A DNA stretch of 64,000 bases from Nitrospira sp. (GTDB taxonomy: Bacteria; Nitrospirota; Nitrospiria; Nitrospirales; Nitrospiraceae): positions 1,728,001 to 1,792,000 of the forward strand of contig AP038806.1 in the NCBI GenBank assembly GCA_047150005.1. Direction: 5' to 3'. Every line of letters starts with the position of its first letter. Position 1 is the stretch's first letter. Made by a program: the position numbers and the translations under genes. Below the pieces are notes generated by a model. The model was given only the letters and a program-made list of their open reading frames with translations. It was not told the DNA's origin and did not search any database. Positions 1-9,776 of the stretch are shown piece by piece.

Positions 1-542
1 TCATCCGACTTGACGTCGACGAGCGCCCGGCCGAGGTCGCGCAGGGTGCGCAGCCGCCGCTCGCCCACCACCCGTTCGGTGGTTTCGGTGACGGCGCAGA
101 AAACGCCGCCGATCGATCCGGCGTCGTCGCGAATGGGACTGAATGAAAACGTGAAATAACATTCCTCGCGCGGCAGGCTGCGTTTCAGCACGAGGAGGAG
201 GTCTTCCGACCAGGTGGCGTCTCCGGTCGCGAACACGCTGTCCGACATGGGGCCGATGATGTGCCAGATTTCCTTCCAGTATTCCTGCAGCGGTTGGCCC
301 AGCGCACTGGGATGCTTCGGGGAGCCGTAGATCGGAATGTACGCATCGTTATAAAAGGTTGTGCAGGCGGATCGGCCCCACCACATGCTGATCGGATAGC
401 GGGAGCCGAGGCAGATACTCACGGCGGTCTTGAGGCTTTGGGGCCAGTCGACCGCCGGTCCCACCGGGGTGGTGGACCAGTCGAAGGCGCGGACGCGCCG
501 GCCCATTTCGCCGCCGCCGTCGAGAAAGTCCAAAGGGCTCAT
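1..542 (-). CDS. PAS-containing sensor histidine kinase, N-terminal part (runs off window start; not in ORF track)
   Basis: Manual translation from ATG at 542: MSPLDFLDGGGEMGRRVRAFDWSTTPVGPAVDWPQSLKTAV...FYNDAY...W.EIW.IIGPM...EECYFTFSFSPIRD...GGVFCAVTETTERVVGERRLRTLRDL, the typical N-terminus of PAS/GAF hybrid kinases; open to window edge. Confidence 0.85.
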   Translation of the reverse strand, partial: MSPLDFLDGGGEMGRRVRAFDWSTTPVGPAVDWPQSLKTAVSICLGSRYPISMWWGRSACTTFYNDAYIPIYGSPKHPSALGQPLQEYWKEIWHIIGPMSDSVFATGDATWSEDLLLVLKRSLPREECYFTFSFSPIRDDAGSIGGVFCAVTETTERVVGERRLRTLRDLGRALVDVKSD

Positions 543-604
543 TTTCTGCCGACCGGGTTCGCTCAGGAATGGACTATCGGTTGTCTTCGTCTTCGCATGA
601 AACC

Positions 605-638
605 GGGCGGGCTGGCCTCGGGTGGTTCCGGCCCGCCC
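605..638. terminator. GC-rich stem-loop between signalling genes (possible terminator or processing hairpin)
   Basis: GGGCGGGCTGG (605-615) pairs with CCGGCCCGCCC (628-638); only a weak U-tract follows. Confidence 0.3.
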
Positions 639-666
639 TGCGGAGGTTTGGACCGCCGTAGAAGCC

Positions 667-2409
667 TCAAGACAGGCGTTCCGGCTGGACCAGGCCCTCC
701 GGGCGGTCGGTACGTCCCGCGGCGAGGATGACCTCGTGCAGATCCTCGGCCGCTGCGTCCTTGGATATAAACGTCGTCGCTCCGGCCGCCGTGATCGCGT
801 CCCGGGTGTGCGGCTGATTATCGATGGAGAGGGCGACGACCGGAGTCTCCGGCCAATCCCGCTTGATCCGTTTGGTCGCTTCGATGCCGTTCATCCAGGG
901 CATGTTGATGTCCATCAGCACGAGATCCGGAGCCAGCTCAGCCACCTTTTCCACCGCCTCGCGGCCGTCTCCCGCCTCGCCGACGACCGCGAGGTCGGGA
1001 AAGCCTTCCAGAATAACCTTGAGGCCCCGCCGCACCATGACGTGATCGTCGACCAACAGCACGCGGATGCGATGGGCATGACCCTCCGGTGATTGATCAG
1101 ACACAAGAGAGAGAGTCTCCGAGGACTGCAACCCGGTGTCCGTCTGTTTGGGCTCGAGGCTCGTCGGCAACGGCAGGCTGAGCGTGGCGGTGGTTCCCAC
1201 GCCCGGCGAGCTTGTGACATTGAACCATCCGCCCATCGCCTGCATGCGCTCCCGGACGCTGAACAACCCGAAGTGCGAGCCGGCCGGTTTGGATTCCGGC
1301 GCGGCCGGGTTGAATCCCCGTCCCCCGTCCTGCACCTCAATGCGAAGACGGCCTGATTCCTCGACTTCGAGATTCACCGTGGCGCAGTCGGTGCCCGCAT
1401 GTTTCGCGACGTTGAGCAGCAGCTCGCGTACGGACTGGAAGAGCAGGACCGACTGATCGTCGGGTAACGAGACCTTGTCCGTCCCCAGCTGCACGTTGAC
1501 CTTCAACCCGTGCAGCGGCATCTCGCTCGCGAGCCACGAGAGCGCCGCCGGGAGGCCAAGCTCGTCGAGCACGGGCGGGCTCAGTTTTGCCATCAGGGAC
1601 CTGGTGTAATCGGCGGCCTTCTTGAAGAGGTCGTCGATTTCGGTCACGAGCGGGTCAATCTGCTGATCCCCGGCGACCAGTTTCGAGCGGAGCTGCGCGA
1701 TCTTCATCCGCCCCAGCGCAAGCATCTGGGCGAGATAGTCGTGCAACTCCGCGGCCAGGCGCTTGCGCTCGCGCTGCTCGGCCAGGGTCAACTCGGAAGC
1801 CAGCGCCTGGAGCCGGTTGTGCGAAGCGACGATGTCGCGCGTCCGCTCTTCGACCCGTTGCTCCAATTCGCCGTTCAGCCGCAGCAACGCTTCTTCCGCG
1901 CGCTTGCGCTGTTCGAGCTCGAGTTCGAGGGAATGGTTGGCCACGCGCAATTCGGCCGTGCGCGCGGCGATCCGAAGGGCCAACTCCTCGTTGAGGGTCA
2001 CGATGGACTGCCGGGCGGCCGCGTGCTCCTCGCGAAGCCGGCGTTGCTCGAGCGCGTGGCGCACCGACTCGCCCAAACGGCCCAACCGGTCCTTCAGTAG
2101 ATAATCGGCGGCGCCCGCCCGCATCAGGGCCACCGCGTCCTCGTCGCCGATGGCGTGCGAGACGATGATGAAAGGAATCCCACCGCCGTGCTCCTGCGTC
2201 AACCGCAAGGCTTCCGCCGAGCTGAATTGCGGCAGGTTGTGATCGTAAATGATGAGATCCGGCCGGTGCTCGACGAGGCTCTGCATGAAGGCTTCGCGGT
2301 CTGCCACCGGCAGACAATGGAGTTCGTAGCCGCTCTTCTTGAGTTCCCGCACGACCAACTCGACGTCGGCCGCGTCATCCTCGACGATCAGCAAATTGAA
2401 CGGTGCCAT
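667..2409 (-). CDS. Hybrid kinase REC-coiled coil-HisKA_3-HATPase-REC
   Basis: N-terminal LLIVEDD/DLIIYD receiver; ERKRLAAELHD H-box; N box ELLLNVAKHA, DGGRGF, GL..VRER; C-terminal NarL-type receiver VLLVDDH...DLVLMDINMP without HTH. Confidence 0.9.
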   Translation of the reverse strand: MAPFNLLIVEDDAADVELVVRELKKSGYELHCLPVADREAFMQSLVEHRPDLIIYDHNLPQFSSAEALRLTQEHGGGIPFIIVSHAIGDEDAVALMRAGAADYLLKDRLGRLGESVRHALEQRRLREEHAAARQSIVTLNEELALRIAARTAELRVANHSLELELEQRKRAEEALLRLNGELEQRVEERTRDIVASHNRLQALASELTLAEQRERKRLAAELHDYLAQMLALGRMKIAQLRSKLVAGDQQIDPLVTEIDDLFKKAADYTRSLMAKLSPPVLDELGLPAALSWLASEMPLHGLKVNVQLGTDKVSLPDDQSVLLFQSVRELLLNVAKHAGTDCATVNLEVEESGRLRIEVQDGGRGFNPAAPESKPAGSHFGLFSVRERMQAMGGWFNVTSSPGVGTTATLSLPLPTSLEPKQTDTGLQSSETLSLVSDQSPEGHAHRIRVLLVDDHVMVRRGLKVILEGFPDLAVVGEAGDGREAVEKVAELAPDLVLMDINMPWMNGIEATKRIKRDWPETPVVALSIDNQPHTRDAITAAGATTFISKDAAAEDLHEVILAAGRTDRPEGLVQPERLS

Positions 2410-2433
2410 GGCCCGCGCTCCTCTCGCCTGAGG

Positions 2434-2895
2434 TTAGTACGATTGGTGCTGCTCCGAGAGTTCGGCCGGGACCTGATTCAAGAGGATCCAATACATGCCC
2501 AATTGCCGGACCGCCTCGCTGAATTGAGGGAAGTCGACCGGCTTGACCACGTAGCTGTTGACTCCAAGATTGTAACTGCGGATCAGGTCCTGTTCCTCCC
2601 GCGAGGAGGTGAGGACCACAACGGGAATGTTCTTCGTGCGGGGATCGCCTTTGCACCGTTGAAGAATCTCGAGGCCGTCCACCTTGGGCAGTTTGAGGTC
2701 GAGGAGGATCAACCGCGTTCGATTGCAAGTGCTGCGTTCGCTGTAGCGGCCCGTGCTGAACAAGCATTCCAGCGCTTCTTCGCCGTCCCGGACCACGTGG
2801 ATCTTGTTCGTGAGATTGTTTTTGCGAAATGCCCGCAAGGTGATCTCCACGTCTTCGGGATTGTCTTCAATCAGCAGAATCTCGAGATCGTTCAT
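2434..2895 (-). CDS. Single-domain response regulator (Rcp1-like)
   Basis: ILLIEDNPED, LILLDLKLPKVDGLEIL, PVVVLTSS, NSYVVKPVDF. Confidence 0.92.
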   Translation of the reverse strand: MNDLEILLIEDNPEDVEITLRAFRKNNLTNKIHVVRDGEEALECLFSTGRYSERSTCNRTRLILLDLKLPKVDGLEILQRCKGDPRTKNIPVVVLTSSREEQDLIRSYNLGVNSYVVKPVDFPQFSEAVRQLGMYWILLNQVPAELSEQHQSY

Positions 2896-5800
2896 GGTCT
2901 CAGCGCCTTTCGCAGAGAGAAATAGAATGTCGCGCCGCCGTCCACTTTGCCCTCTGCCCAGACGCGACCTCGGTGCCGATGGACGATCCGGTGGACGATG
3001 GCCAGGCCGACGCCCGTGCCCTCGAAATCTTCCTTCAGATGCAGGCGCTGAAAGACCCCGAAGAGTTTGTGCACGTACTTCATATCGAACCCGACCCCGT
3101 TATCCTTCACATAGTACACAACGGCCTCGGCCTGCTGGTCGTCCGGAAGCCAGCCAACCGTCACGAGGGCGGTCTCCCGGGTCTTCGTGTACTTGAACGC
3201 GTTCGACAACAGATTGGTCCAGACCAGCTTGAGCAGCCGCCAGTCTCCATGGCACGGCGGCAGATCCGGGATGATCAGCTCGACGGCCCTGCCTTGGTGG
3301 AGCAGGTGCTGCTCCTCCGCCACGGCGCGCGCCAGGTCGGTCATGGCGACCGACCGGAAATCAATCCCAAGTCGGCCCAGACGAGAGAACTCCAGGAGAT
3401 CATCGATCAATTCACCGGCTCGCCCGGCGGCCTGCCGGACGATCCTGAGGCAGCGCTGCGCTTCCGCGCTTAGTTGCGAACTGTGATCCTCCTCCAGAAT
3501 GCGGATGAAGGCGTCGATGGTGCGAAGCGGCGCCCGCAGATCGTGCGAGACGGAATAGGAAAAGCTCTCCAGTTCCTTATTGGCCTCGGCCAGCGCCGCT
3601 TTCTGCTTCACGAGCGCTTCGTTGGAGACGGTCAGGGCCAGGTCCCGTTCCCGCAACGCCTCCTCGGCGCGCGTTTTCTCGGTGATGTCCCGCGCGATCG
3701 AAGAGGCGCTCACCACGTTGCCATGGGCGTCGAGAATGGGGGACACGGCCAGGGAGATCGCCATCGCGGTCCCGTCCTTGTGGACCCGAATCGTGTCGTA
3801 ATGGCCGGCCGGCGCCCCGCGGGCGAGCTGCCTAAGAATCGACGACTCTTCGTCATGACGGTCGAGAGGAATGAGCCGATAGATCGACTGGCCGAGCATT
3901 TCGCCCTCGGTGTAGCCGAACAGCCGCTCGGCGCCGCCGTTCCAGCTGGTCACGATACCGCGCAGATCTTTACTGATGATGGCGTCGTCGGAGGACTTGA
4001 CGATGGCGGCCAACTGACCGAGTGCATGTTCGGCACGCTTGCTTTCGGTGATGTCCACCAGCATGTTCACGCCGCCCATGACCTTGCCGGCGTCGTCCCA
4101 GATCGGTTCCGGATGCGGCAGGACATGCCGTTTCGTGCCGTCCGGCCGTTCGATGACGATCTCTCGCCCGCGTATCGGGCGGCCTTCGCGCAAGGTGACC
4201 GCCATGGGACATTCGTCCAAGGGAAGCGGCCGGCCGTCCGTCGCATAGATCTTCCACGATCCGCACCAGAGGTCTTTGCCCATCTCCGGTTCCCGCCCCC
4301 ACAACGCGACGGCCGCCTGGTTGTAGAGGGTGATGCGGCCTCGTTCGTCGCAGGTATAGACGGCCGCCGGCAGGGCCTGAATGAGGTCACGGTAGCGCCC
4401 CTCGCTGTGGCGCAAGGCCTGTTCCTGCCAGAGCCGTTGGGTCACGTCGCGCAGGATGATCGTGTAGAACTTGCCGGTCGCGGTCTGCAGCTGCGAGAAA
4501 GAGGCCTCGAGCGGGAACTCCTCGCCATCGACGCGTCGCCCGTAAACGGTACCATGGACCCCCTTGCGCCGTTCCGGGGTCGCCGTACTCTTGGTGAACG
4601 TTTTCAACTCCTTGGCGTGAAGCGCCTGAAAGCTTTGGGGCAAAAAGCGGTCGATCGATTGTCCGAGCGCGACGTCGGTCGAACAGGCGAACATCGTCTC
4701 GGCCGCGTTGTTAAAGTCCGTGATCCGCTGCTGCTCGTCGATCGTGATGATCGCATCCATGGCCGACGTAATGATACCGCTCAGCCGCTGCTCATTGTCC
4801 CGCAGGGCGTCTTGGGCCTGCTTGAGATCGGTGATGTCGACGCTGGATCCGACGTAACCCAGAAATGCTCCGTTCTCATCGAACCATGGGATTCCTCTGT
4901 CGAGGATCCAGCGGTAGGCACCGTCGAATCGGCGCAGACGGAACTCCGCTTCGAAGGGCTCCCGCTTGTCGAACGACTCGGTCTGTAGACTGAGACACTG
5001 GCTCTGATCGTCCGGATGCACTCCGCTGTTCCAGCCTATGCCGGTTTCCTGCTCCAACGTGCGGCCGGTGAAATCCAGCCAACCCTTATTGAAGTAGGTG
5101 CGCTGCCTGTCAAAGCCAGAAATCCAAATCAGCACCGGGGAGGCATCCGCCATCAGGCGGAAACGGGCGTCGCTCTCGCGCCGGGCCTCCTCGCTCTCCT
5201 TCCGTTCGGTGATGTCGACGTTGACCCCGGTCAGGCGCAGCGGATTACCGGCGGGATCTCGGAACATCTGCCAACGCCCGATCAGTGAGCGAACGGTTCC
5301 GTCCGGTCGAACAATACGAAATTCCTCCTCGGTCGGATCGGTGGTCGTCAGCGACCGCTCGATGGCACCTAAGATCTGATCTTTGTCCGCCGGATGGAGA
5401 AAGGCTTCCCACGCCGGCTGTGTCTTCGCAAACTCACCCGTTTGCAGCCCGTATATCGCTTCCAGCTCAGGAGTCCAGGTGTTGAGGCCGGTTCGAATAT
5501 TCCATTCAAACGAGCCGACACGTCCCGCGTGCTGAGCCACCCTCAAGCGCTCGTCGCTTTCCTGCAGCGCCGCCTGCGCACGTCGGCGTTCCTGGATTTC
5601 CTCTTCCAGCGCCTGCTCTCTGTGCAGCACCAACTCTTCATGAGCCGCGGCTCGGCGCCGAGTCCGACGCACGGCTTCGCCGATGCCGATAATGACGACG
5701 ATGCTCGACAGGTAGGCGGCGATTCCCCAATGATCTTGAAGCTGATCGCTGAATCTATATCGCGGCTCGATAAACAGCCAGTTGGTGGCGACGTAACAGA

Positions 5801-6014
5801 GCGCCGCGGTCAACACCGCCGGTCCCCATCCGGCGTACCAGACGGACAGGGCAACGAATCCAAACGAGGTCGAAAGCGGAAGATTGTCGCCCAGCGCCGG
5901 ATCGAGTCCCCACCGCAGGGCCATCGCGCTCGCTGCGCACAGAACGGCGGCGCCGTATCGGTGAGGAACAGATTTCTCCACGACCGCCGCCGGAGCGTCG
6001 TCGGATTGTGACAT
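2892..6014 (-). CDS. Membrane-anchored multi-PAS sensor histidine kinase
   Basis: N-terminal TM (DUF4118-like) region, about five PAS/PAC units ending in DIT/DVT, H-box ELESFSYSVSHDLRAPLR, NLLSNAFKY, DNGVGF, GTGVGL; ATGA overlap with the downstream receiver gene. Confidence 0.93.
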   Translation of the reverse strand: MSQSDDAPAAVVEKSVPHRYGAAVLCAASAMALRWGLDPALGDNLPLSTSFGFVALSVWYAGWGPAVLTAALCYVATNWLFIEPRYRFSDQLQDHWGIAAYLSSIVVIIGIGEAVRRTRRRAAAHEELVLHREQALEEEIQERRRAQAALQESDERLRVAQHAGRVGSFEWNIRTGLNTWTPELEAIYGLQTGEFAKTQPAWEAFLHPADKDQILGAIERSLTTTDPTEEEFRIVRPDGTVRSLIGRWQMFRDPAGNPLRLTGVNVDITERKESEEARRESDARFRLMADASPVLIWISGFDRQRTYFNKGWLDFTGRTLEQETGIGWNSGVHPDDQSQCLSLQTESFDKREPFEAEFRLRRFDGAYRWILDRGIPWFDENGAFLGYVGSSVDITDLKQAQDALRDNEQRLSGIITSAMDAIITIDEQQRITDFNNAAETMFACSTDVALGQSIDRFLPQSFQALHAKELKTFTKSTATPERRKGVHGTVYGRRVDGEEFPLEASFSQLQTATGKFYTIILRDVTQRLWQEQALRHSEGRYRDLIQALPAAVYTCDERGRITLYNQAAVALWGREPEMGKDLWCGSWKIYATDGRPLPLDECPMAVTLREGRPIRGREIVIERPDGTKRHVLPHPEPIWDDAGKVMGGVNMLVDITESKRAEHALGQLAAIVKSSDDAIISKDLRGIVTSWNGGAERLFGYTEGEMLGQSIYRLIPLDRHDEESSILRQLARGAPAGHYDTIRVHKDGTAMAISLAVSPILDAHGNVVSASSIARDITEKTRAEEALRERDLALTVSNEALVKQKAALAEANKELESFSYSVSHDLRAPLRTIDAFIRILEEDHSSQLSAEAQRCLRIVRQAAGRAGELIDDLLEFSRLGRLGIDFRSVAMTDLARAVAEEQHLLHQGRAVELIIPDLPPCHGDWRLLKLVWTNLLSNAFKYTKTRETALVTVGWLPDDQQAEAVVYYVKDNGVGFDMKYVHKLFGVFQRLHLKEDFEGTGVGLAIVHRIVHRHRGRVWAEGKVDGGATFYFSLRKALRP

Positions 6015-6052
6015 CTCTCATCCTCATCCAAAGTGATTGGAATAGCGGGTAA

Positions 6053-6097
6053 AGTATAGGCTGACGAATAGAGTAGATGCCCTAGGCAAGCCCCTAG
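6053..6097 (-). promoter_or_regulatory. CTAGGG-box promoter of the PAS kinase operon
   Basis: CTAGGGGCTTGCCTAG (6082-6097, minus strand), 23 nt, then TATACT (6053-6058). Confidence 0.65.
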
Positions 6098-6303
6098 TTC
6101 TCCTCTCATTCCCAACCGGTAACGATACACTCAACCCTCAAAACTATGGACCATCGTTGCCGGCCTAAGCTTCCCATGGGGCAGCAGCCATTCCTGAAAG
6201 AGTCATACAGAGTGATTTGAGCTGCTATCTTTGGAGGTCGGTGCCACCACATCATGTCGTTGTGGCTCCGACAGAGGCAGGAATGCGGTCGCCGAAATGT
6301 CGA

Positions 6304-7239
6304 TTAGTTTGTACGAGAAAGGAACGTCTTTAGATCGGAAAGTCTGTGCGCCCAAAAGAAAACCACAGGCGTATCCTGTGCCTGAAGCAAATACACAGGC
6401 TTAAAGACTCCCTGAATGACTGCGGCGGGAACCACATTCTGTTCACCGAATCGTCTGACCCAGCTGCCCGCGTCGACCGCCACTTCTTTATTGATTCGTT
6501 TCCGGCTATTGATCTCCGAGTTGGATGCCTTGCACTCTAGCGCGAGCACGCGGCCATCCCCAAGCCGAACGACGATGTCGGCGTTGTGCTCGCCGACGGT
6601 ACAACCGATCATGAAACATTTCTTCTGTGGTGCGTCGGTCAGTAAGGTCTGGATTCCTTTTCGTGTTGCCCCTACTTGTTTCCATCCGAGGGTGATGAGC
6701 AGTTTCTTCACTGCTCCTTCGACAGCATCACGCTCGTCGGCACGTCTCGATGTCTGCACATGTTGAGCAGAGGCAACAACTGAGGAAGCAAGTATGGCAG
6801 CCTGCTTCTCTCTCGGCGTGGGCGGCCGGTTTTCGTACATCCAAGGGAATCGCTTCGGATCGAGGACGCGCCGAATTACGTCCACCACACTCTTAGCCCG
6901 TTCGGCATGGCTTGCAATAAGAGTCGGGGCGAGTGTATCGCCGACCAATGTTCTTAGGTCATCTGTTGATATGGGTGGAGCGCCCAGATATCGAAGAGCG
7001 GTGAGGAGATACCGATCTTGTACAACTGAAGCGATTAGCTCGGGAGCAACCGGATCGCTCAGGAGCTGCGGAAGGATTTCGATTACCTGTTTATTAGCCC
7101 GTTCGAGTTGCTGAAACGCGGCCAAGTAACGTTCTTTCGGTTCCTCTAGGCGGCGTTGCCTGAACAGCTCCCTGGCTTGCCTTGCGTCACTGAGAATTTC
7201 TCGGCGAGACCATTTTCGTGCGCCTTTCGGCCAACTCAT
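6304..7239 (-). CDS. XamI-family type II restriction endonuclease
   Basis: PD-(D/E)xK-like ADIVVRLGDGRVLALECKASNSEINSRKRIN; LRYLGAPPISTDDL, LDPKRFPW, FFWAHRL motifs characteristic of the RE_XamI family; 4-bp overlap with the methylase. Confidence 0.8.
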   Translation of the reverse strand: MSWPKGARKWSRREILSDARQARELFRQRRLEEPKERYLAAFQQLERANKQVIEILPQLLSDPVAPELIASVVQDRYLLTALRYLGAPPISTDDLRTLVGDTLAPTLIASHAERAKSVVDVIRRVLDPKRFPWMYENRPPTPREKQAAILASSVVASAQHVQTSRRADERDAVEGAVKKLLITLGWKQVGATRKGIQTLLTDAPQKKCFMIGCTVGEHNADIVVRLGDGRVLALECKASNSEINSRKRINKEVAVDAGSWVRRFGEQNVVPAAVIQGVFKPVYLLQAQDTPVVFFWAHRLSDLKTFLSRTN

Positions 7240-8783
7240 CCAACCGGCTCCATCGCCCGCAATATTTCAAGGCGCGGTATACGAAGGCGCATAACCTCTT
7301 TCGGTTCGAACTTGGTGAGGCCACCGGCATAAGTTCGACCTTCCACTGCACGGACATTCCTGTTCAGCCAACGAACGATTAACCACAGATCCTCTTCGGA
7401 TAGAGGTATTCTGGGGAAGAGACCATGGGCAATGTTTAATAGTCTTGCTCCGCAAGCATTGAGAACAAATGTAGGAGGACGACGCGCCATGTAAGTCATG
7501 ACGATCGGTGCAGAAGCTCTCAGATTGACACGCCACCAAGGGCTTCTATGCCGGGCAATGTAGCTCTGTGCTGCTCCTTGAGACTGGGCCCATGACAAAA
7601 AGGCCTCGATGCGGTCACGATCTTTCTTGGCAAAGCGGTCGAGATCAGCGGGCAGGTCCACGACGCGCCGTAACTTTCCTGTGTCACTCAATCGAAAGTC
7701 GCGAGCGTGTATAAGTTCCTTTGCTCGAGTAATGGTCGGGACGAGCACAGAGGGAGGGAGATCGTGAGCCTTCTGCGCAGCTATCCACACACGATTCATA
7801 CCTGTGACTTGGCCGCGGTGTACCTGAAAGAGTTCACCGAGTTCAATCCTGTCCTTTTCTGTGCCGTAGTCCGGGCAAGGAAGTTGCGACCATTTTTCAA
7901 TGGCTCTTGCCCGCACAAGACTAATCGGTCTCCCGTCCCGCAAATCCTTTAGCTCTTCGACATTTCCTACATGGTGGACGCGCATTGAGCGGCAGCGCGA
8001 ACCCGTTTCAAAGCACAGAATTACGGTACTAGTCATAGCATCGGGAAAGACCTGGACAGATTTCTCGATAAGATGCAAGGATCGACCTCCCAGGCCGTTC
8101 GTCAACATCGCGCGTGCGGTAGAGCCGTAATTTACGTCGAGCCATTCAGCGGCTGTAATGAAACATCCATGATCTCCCGTAACGGCCAGTTGACGAGTTT
8201 TGAGTAGGAAATGAATATGGAGACCGGCTAGGGCGCTGCTCGGCAACTTGTAATATCGACAAGTCTCCTTGTACCAGCGCTTCCAAGAAGGATCGATATC
8301 GTGATGGCGGACGTAGGGCGGATTTCCGATAAACAAAGTTCGCCCTGCTATCTGAGGCAATCGAACGGCGCGATAATCATTTGCGATGACGGTGACACGG
8401 TTTTTGAGCCCGGCGATAGCAAGGTTGGCTTGAAGAAGAGCAGCGATGCTAGGATCATTTTCGATGGCGATGATCTTGGCTCCCGGGAAAGCTCGAGCCG
8501 CGGCTATGGAGAATCTTCCTGATCCAGCGCCCGGATCGACGATGCGGTCATATGTCACTCCCTGACTTTCTGCCCACCCAATCATGTGCCGCACAATCTG
8601 AGGCGGTGTAAATGTTGCCCCTAGGGCGCGACGCTGTTTCCCAGGGAGGAGGTTACTGTAACGCTCCCCAAGTGGATCTGTCCCATTTGCGAGCGATCGG
8701 CGAATCGAGGTGGACGACAATTGGGTGGAAAGGCTTTGGCCCGAGGCAAGCAAGCAGGAGGTGACCCTAAGCAGGGAATCCAT
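7236..8783 (-). CDS. N6-adenine DNA methyltransferase (gamma class, M.XamI-like)
   Basis: GATFTP, motif I DPGAGSGRF, motif IV GNPPYVRHH, EWLDVNYG, C-terminal GRTYAGGLTKFEPKEV. Confidence 0.9.
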   Translation of the reverse strand: MDSLLRVTSCLLASGQSLSTQLSSTSIRRSLANGTDPLGERYSNLLPGKQRRALGATFTPPQIVRHMIGWAESQGVTYDRIVDPGAGSGRFSIAAARAFPGAKIIAIENDPSIAALLQANLAIAGLKNRVTVIANDYRAVRLPQIAGRTLFIGNPPYVRHHDIDPSWKRWYKETCRYYKLPSSALAGLHIHFLLKTRQLAVTGDHGCFITAAEWLDVNYGSTARAMLTNGLGGRSLHLIEKSVQVFPDAMTSTVILCFETGSRCRSMRVHHVGNVEELKDLRDGRPISLVRARAIEKWSQLPCPDYGTEKDRIELGELFQVHRGQVTGMNRVWIAAQKAHDLPPSVLVPTITRAKELIHARDFRLSDTGKLRRVVDLPADLDRFAKKDRDRIEAFLSWAQSQGAAQSYIARHRSPWWRVNLRASAPIVMTYMARRPPTFVLNACGARLLNIAHGLFPRIPLSEEDLWLIVRWLNRNVRAVEGRTYAGGLTKFEPKEVMRLRIPRLEILRAMEPVG

Positions 8784-8846
8784 CTCACACCATAAGGGTT
8801 GCAGAGCAGCGGAAAATCATGATCGATTGAGCAGAGGCTGCGGTGC

Positions 8847-8875
8847 AGTATGACCAGTCGAAAATTGAATGTCAA
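8847..8875 (-). promoter_or_regulatory. sigma70 promoter of the RM operon
   Basis: TTGACA (8870-8875), 17 nt, CATACT (8847-8852) on the minus strand, about 65 nt above the MTase ATG. Confidence 0.75.
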
Positions 8876-9200
8876 ACAAAAAGTAACCGATGGTTACATA
8901 ATGGGCAGGATGGACAGAAGGCGTTATTTCTTTATCCGTCAGAGACTTGCGTCTGCTCCGCCTCCAACGCCTGCCGGGTGCGCACCTCCCGGAGCCGTCT
9001 TTTGTGGGTCGCCTCCATGGGGTGGTGGACCCGTTAGGTCTTCCTTCTCCAAGGCGGGACGGCGTACGGGCGCGGAACGTTGCGGCGCAGGCGCTCCTCG
9101 GATTGTAGGCGGCCGACGAGCCGGCGACGGAGGCGGCGTCGGAGCTGCAGCTCATGTCATCCCATTTCACGCTCGAAATCTCGTCCTTTCGCTGGAACGG

Positions 9201-9776
9201 TCATGTGAACCGTCTCGTTTCGGAGAGCCGATCCAAACGATCATCATGGTGGCGTCCGGCGGACGAACGGGTGAGGTGCTTGATCAGCAGAGCGCTGGCC
9301 GTACGAGCCAGGTCGCGAAACAGGGAACGGCCTGCGTAGAGCGCCGCCTCACGCAGTCTGATGCCTTCGCGCCGGAGCTCTTCACCCACGTCTTCCCGGA
9401 CTGTCCGTAAGATGGTGCGGCGGTTGCGTGGCGATCCGGGCTTCGGTTCGCCGGTCCTTCGTCGGCGGTCGAATCGTCGATACTCTAGAGACGGAAAAAA
9501 CGGATAGACGCCGCCGTTACGGTGCCTACGGTCGATCCATCCGGCCAGGAGGGCGAGTACCACGACGCCGCCGGCCAAGACCAACGGGCGCTCTCCGGCG
9601 GCGCGCGAAAACGCAGAGGGGATTGTGCGATCGATGATCTCGAGGACCGCATCTCGGGTTTCCCGGACCCTGTGCTCCACCTGATGTTCGAGCAGGTGAA
9701 TTTTCTCGTCCAAGGCTATGCGAGTGCGCTGGATGTTCTTCAAGTCCTCTTGTACGTCATGCGCTCTGTGATCCAT
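9201..9776 (-). CDS. Hypothetical membrane protein (DUF3618-like N-terminal coiled coil)
   Basis: MDHRAHDVQEDLKNIQRTRIALDEKIHLLE resembles DUF3618-type proteins that follow holin_3_6 genes; one hydrophobic segment; start reassigned to ATG 9776. Confidence 0.55.
   Translation of the reverse strand: MDHRAHDVQEDLKNIQRTRIALDEKIHLLEHQVEHRVRETRDAVLEIIDRTIPSAFSRAAGERPLVLAGGVVVLALLAGWIDRRHRNGGVYPFFPSLEYRRFDRRRRTGEPKPGSPRNRRTILRTVREDVGEELRREGIRLREAALYAGRSLFRDLARTASALLIKHLTRSSAGRHHDDRLDRLSETRRFT

Noticed and set aside
3474..4988. 504-aa plus-strand ORF (likewise 30069-31796 and 28666-29967)
   Set aside because: Antisense to well-supported genes; typical stop-poor shadow frames in high-GC DNA
8817..9200. 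Small ORFs between the RM promoter and the DUF3618-like gene
   Set aside because: No recognisable motif or consistent reading frame; possibly junction debris
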